A stretch of DNA of 64,000 bases from Eledone cirrhosa (taxonomy: Eukaryota), in contig OZ024740.1 in the NCBI GenBank assembly GCA_964016885.1, forward strand, positions 45,694,001 through 45,758,000, in the 5' to 3' direction. The position numbers and the translations under genes are program-made. Under the pieces are notes generated by a model that saw only the letters and a list, made by a program, of their open reading frames with translations, was not told the origin of the DNA and searched no databases. This document shows, one piece after another, positions 61,038 through 64,000 of this stretch (position 1 is its first letter; every line of letters starts with the position of its first letter).

Positions 61038-62315
61038 CTGGGTGTAACAAGTAAATTGGGACCATTTAAATATCTTTTTTATAATTGGTATAATTCGGAA
61101 AAATCAAACACTGCAAATTTTATGTTTATGCCAATTTATGGTGGAATGTTTATCACTTATTTCAGTTCAATGTGACCGCCATTTGCTTTCTTTACCAGTT
61201 CAATCCATTTACGAAATCATGCGCATGCCTTAACTATTTCTTCCTTTTTCATTTTATCGAATACTCGCTTGATCGAAGCCTTCGGTGAAAACACGCATTT
61301 GTGAGAAGTTGGATATTGCTTCAACTGTGCCCCCAAACCAAAAATCACACGGATTCAAATCTGACGAGCTAGAGGGCCAGATATATTTAGGGACACACAT
61401 GAGCAAGTCCTTCTTAAAAAATTCTTGGACCCTTTTCAAAGAATGGGCGAACGCGAAGTCCTGTACAAATATGACATGACTTGCATCATAATGCTTCCTA
61501 ATCCAAAGCAACAAAACTTCTAAGATTTTGAGATGCTCTGCTGTATTGATTCTAAGACCTGCTTCAATAAAATGAGGAGGCATCAATTTCCCATCACTTG
61601 CAACAGCCCCAAAGACCATAATGGAAGCCGGATTCTTACTATGCATAGCTGAAGGAACTTGGGAAGGGTCGTACGCTATCATTCGTGAGTTTTGACGGTT
61701 TGCAACTTCGTCTACCACGAACTTCTTTTCATCCACGAAGATGTAGACATCTCCGCCACGATGTTTCAGATGACTAAGAAGTTTTGGACTTCTTTCAGCT
61801 CGAATAGCTTTGGAGCAGGTAGCTAGGATGTTACGGTGTCTCCTCATGTACAATTTCATATGGAGGTCTTGTCTTACAGTCCAAGAAACGTTCATCTTAC
61901 TGATTGTTCGATCTTGAGCCAACTTCGCCATCGATTTTGATGGTTTCGCCTCAATCGATCTTTTGAGTCCTGCTAAGAAGCGAGGAGTGCGTTTTCGGTC
62001 ACTGCGAGGACTGTGAGGCTTTCTCTGAACATCCTGGCTTTTCTTCAAATTGTTTACAACTCTAAGACCATTAGATTTGGCAGACTTTGTGGCTCTAACA
62101 AACTCCTCAGCAACTTTGCGTGCGCGGAATAATTCAGCAATTACACTTCTACGGATTAATGCTTTATTAACATACTATTTCTTATTTCAGATTGAACAAA
62201 TTATGAATGAGTGATTATTCAAGCTGATAATATTTAAAATTTAGACGCCAACAAAATCTATACAATTAGAAATATACCTATTTGAAACTTGTCCCAATTT
62301 ACCCGTTACACATTG
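61038..62315 (-). mobile_element. DD37D (maT-type) Tc1/mariner transposon, full length but degenerate
   Basis: TIRs CTGGGTGTAACAAGTAAATTGGGAC / GTCCCAATTTACCCGTTACACATTG|TA. ORF 61254-62048 has FVDEKKF, FVQD and SDLNPCD, with 37 residues counted between the 2nd and 3rd D. Confidence 0.88.
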
Positions 62316-62861
62316 TACATACACACACATATACACACACATATGCGCGCACACTTGTATACACGCACATATACATGCATTCAAACACACAAGTAGGCTC
62401 TCTCTCTGGTTCTATCTCGATCTTTGGAAGCATGCTAGTATATGTTTCATTTCCAAGATGACGATCCTCTCTGACTTCACCAGCAACACATCAACAAACT
62501 ACATAGTATTTACAGCGTACTCCTTTACCTACACCTGCACCTGCACAGCTATCCCTTCCGTTTTACCCCTATGAAAAATACCACTGTACTTTCAAAGCAC
62601 ATTTGGAAATCGTGGAACAGAAGAGAGGCCACCAACATCTAATGTTAAATAAAGTACAAGCATTTAAATCCTGTATCTTTTGCATAACAGAGACACTCTA
62701 CATTATCTACCATCAGCGTGATTTTTATTTTAAAAAAAAAGCGAATTAATTTTGACGTGTTAGCACTTGCCTAAATTCTTCCTCGGTAATTTCGAAAACA
62801 ATCCCTGACGCATGAACGGCAATCAACAATCCTCAATCGATACCGTTTTCCCCATCTAGAA

Positions 62862-63203
62862 CTGAGGTTCACAAAATTTGGCGCCCCCCTCATGGCCACC
62901 TAATACCCTCAGCGCCCCCAACCCTATTTTCAGAGAGACCTGTCTACACAGAAATTGTAAATGATATATAATAAATAAAATCGTTAATTTATCTATAATA
63001 AATAATATAATATATAGTATGTATAAATAAATATATATCTTTAATTCTCTATATTTATATATATGTATCATTTGACATTTAATATACAATTATATGATCT
63101 CTACCCCACACCACCCTCTTAGGACCCAGTTCTCCCTGGATCTTCTCAACGCCCCCCCCCCCCCATCCCCGAGTGGTGGTAGTGCCAACTTTGAGAACCT
63201 CTG
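62862..63203. mobile_element. hAT (Charlie-like) MITE with perfect 8-bp TSD
   Basis: ATCTAGAA|CTGAGGTTCACAAA ... TTTGAGAACCTCTG|ATCTAGAA. A partial copy of the right end lies at ~32380-32500. Confidence 0.85.
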
Positions 63204-63518
63204 ATCTAGAATCATCATATTACTTTATAGCTTACTAATGTGGACTTACATTAATAAAACAAAACAAAAAAACGTTTTGACTGCTATTTCTGTCCAGAAA
63301 TAGCTGTCGAAACTGCTTGAGCTCTGCCGTCGGGGTTCTCACTCTTTCCTATATATATATATATATATTTTTTATATATATATTTCATCTGCCTGTCATC
63401 CACCTCGTTGATTGTCTCTTTGCCTACCACTGGCCGCTGGTCTCTGTCCTCTCAGGCATTTTTGCCCATCGCTGTCATTGACAGCTTTTGGGTGTTTTAA
63501 CGGCTGTTTTTATATGAA

Positions 63519-63550
<32 letters not shown>

Positions 63551-63764
63551 AACACACACATGTGTAAGGAAAGTGTGTGGTGTCGAGACAGAGGAGACCA
63601 CAACTCAAAGTAGTATTCTATGCATGCATGGGAAGAAGCAGAGTGATTACAAAGGAAGGTCAAAACTCGACTGCGACGCCAAGCTGTTTTGGCTCGTATT
63701 CGAATACAAGTTGAAACCGCTAGGCTACTCGGTCCGAATTTTCCCTTCCTATATATATATATAA

Positions 63765-64000
63765 GTTTCTTTTATTTGCCACTAGGGCATCAAAAGTGGG
63801 ACAAGTACAAAGGGGGGAGTTTACACAAAAGGGCGTCCTCAATTAGGAGGAGGCAATAACAAAATATAAAAATAAAATAAGATATAACAAAAATAAAATT
63901 TTTAACAAAATCCTCAATAGAGAGGAGGCGCCTTGGGGGGTCGCACACACCCCCGAAAAAAGTGTGCAACCCTTTTCCTCAGGAGCACAGAGAGGGGGTG
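63765..64000 (-). mobile_element. 3' end of a fourth Tx1-family copy, adjoining (TA)n and running off the window
   Basis: Reverse complement matches the 3'UTR at ~48355-48593, ending GGCAAATAAAAGAAAC followed by TTATATATAT. Confidence 0.9.

Overview
Repeat-rich eukaryotic DNA, almost certainly from a coleoid cephalopod and probably an octopus (inferred from the reflectin gene and the SINE/microsatellite content). The only clear host gene is a reflectin with an uninterrupted CDS (54824-55930, +), and it has a plausible TATA box, non-coding first exon and 5'UTR intron. The rest is mobile DNA and tandem repeats: an intact 1181-aa RTE-clade LINE with three C-terminal C2H2 fingers, a non-autonomous element built from that LINE's 5'UTR and 3' end, degenerate RTE, CR1 and RLE-type LINEs, a Penelope-like GIY-YIG element with a hammerhead ribozyme, DD37D/mariner/hAT/piggyBac/Helentron-type remnants, and many tRNA-derived SINEs. 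The most striking structure is a ~10 kb locus (39561-50090) just upstream of reflectin. There a 28-bp satellite with higher-order structure alternates with three same-orientation Tx1/L1-clade LINE copies, and every satellite block begins with TATCT. Boundaries of degenerate repeats were read by eye and are approximate.
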